Shown: positions 62,793 through 64,000 of the stretch, one piece after another
Position numbering within the stretch: the stretch's first letter is position 1
How the letters are laid out: each line of letters begins with the position of its first letter
Source: Selaginella moellendorffii
Taxonomy: Eukaryota; Plantae; Lycopodiophyta
DNA: 64,000 nucleotides
Reading direction: 5' to 3'
Assembly: GCF_000143415.4 (NCBI RefSeq)
Contig: NW_003314294.1
Coordinates: 1,606,770 to 1,670,769 of the forward strand
Notes under the pieces: model-generated
Database searches by the model: none
Told to the model about the DNA's origin: nothing
Seen by the model: only the letters and a program-made list of their open reading frames with translations
Translations under genes and position numbers: made by a program

Positions 62793-63190
62793 ACTGGCTC
62801 CAGATGCACAATAACCCTCCGAAGAGTGTAGAGTGTACCTCTGTTATTGTTGCCAAGTGCTGGTAACTGCATGAAATAGTAGAAGCTCTAGAAAAAAAAG
62901 TGGAAAAAGAAAGAAAAGAGGTAAGTGTGAAGTTTAGAGACAGGGAGGAAAACCCGGTGGGAAACTCTATAGTCAAACTGGATCTTGAAGTTAAAGAAAA
63001 AGTGCAGAAAAAGTGTGAAACGAGGAGAAAAATAGTAGAAAAAGAGTGAGTACCCAAAGAATTTAACCCGTATCTAGATTTCGGCTCAGGAAAGTGTAAT
63101 ATGCAAATACAGCCTCTTGATGACTTCCGGTATGCTCCAAGGATTGGCCGAAATCGAGAGAGAAAGAGAGGTAGAAGAGGGGATGCATTA
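62793..63190 (-). repeat. Inverted copy of 40307-40704, joined to an LTR at the same junction
   Basis: Reverse complement matches 40307-40704 closely; near-identical ORF-track peptides at 40204/40236 and 62788/63063. Confidence 0.88.
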
Positions 63191-63299
63191 AGAGGTAGAA
63201 GAGCGAATGCGCGAGATCTAGTGGAGGAATTTCTGCAAGGTAGAACTCTATGTACTTATGCAAAGTTCAATTAAAAATATCAATTTGAGAAGTTGAGCA

Positions 63300-64000
63300 A
63301 TGGCATATGTTGGGACCCGAAGGCACGCTGAGGGTAAGCTAATTAGCATGGGTTAGCTACTTCGACTAGGCATAGGGAACTACGCCCGACTCCCTGTGGG
63401 GATGTCGAATCCGTAGACATAATCTACGGAGGTTGGGTTCGAGTCCCAACCCCCTAGTAAAGCAAGGTTGGGTTCAAGTCTCGACCCTATACTAGGGCAT
63501 GGTGAGGTGAGGAGTATAGGGACACCTATATTCTGTTGTCATGGGCTCTTGGCCGGGGAGGCTAACTTAGGCACACCGCTAAGTGGGGGGATGCCCCCGG
63601 AGACATGGTCAACAAGTCATAGGATCAAAAGAGAGATGTTTGATATGGGCATCGAACTTCTTCTATGGGTGGTGGAGTTGTAAGGAACCAACTCGCCGAG
63701 GTGTCATAGGCTAAAGGAACCCCAAAAGCATGACCAAAATGACAAAGATTTCATCAGATGGGACCAAGTCGAAGATCAAGTCCAAGACCGACTCAGAGAC
63801 CGAGTTTGAGATAGAGTCCGAAATCGAGTCCGAGGCCGACTCGGGGACCGAGTTCGAGACCGAGTCCGAGATCCGAAATCGGGTCCGAGACTGAGTCCGA
63901 GGTCGAGTCCGAGGTCGGGTCCGAGATTGGACGGATCGACCTACATTAATGAATCGGTTCCCCGAGACTGCCGTCTCGGCGCAACGTGCGTACCTTTTTT
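63300..64000 (+). mobile_element. Related subfamily of the minisatellite-LTR element: interior end, PPT and start of a divergent LTR (63679 to window edge)
   Basis: Shares the hairpin/B-box cluster and GGGTGGTGGAGT PPT; LTR starts TGTAAGGA and contains GAGACCGAGTCC repeats. Confidence 0.65.

Overview
Eukaryotic, repeat-dense plant DNA with no intact host gene. Arabidopsis-type TTTAGGG repeats, a PLS-class PPR remnant, ~50-nt introns and a telomere-repeat-flanked Penelope-like element suggest a lycophyte such as Selaginella (inference only). Most of the window is a nest of decayed retroelements: three Ty3/Gypsy pol remnants, an L1/Tx1-type LINE, several solo LTRs, and multiple copies of a non-autonomous LTR element whose ~1.75-kb LTR holds a GGACTC/CCATCTCGGACT minisatellite and whose non-coding interior holds tRNA-like pieces. 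The standout is a 13,120-bp DNA transposon (41650-54769) with 27-bp TIRs and a 4-bp CCAT target-site duplication. It encodes a Sola1/DUF7869-like DDD/E transposase on the minus strand. Divergently, it carries a 10-intron, ~1,640-aa cargo gene that appears to fuse a ParB/Srx-like domain, a degenerate N6/N4 DNA-methyltransferase-like fold and an FCP1-like HAD phosphatase. The element holds at least 25 copies of a 22-bp palindrome (consensus ATGGCRTGWGGCCWCAYGCCAT), several inside mini-introns, which raises the possibility of a ParB/parS-like system on a plant transposon. A second notable locus (30511-33742) is an interstitial telomere-repeat-capped Penelope-like cassette with a hammerhead ribozyme and a captured LINE fragment. 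All domain calls come from motifs read by eye; no searches were run.
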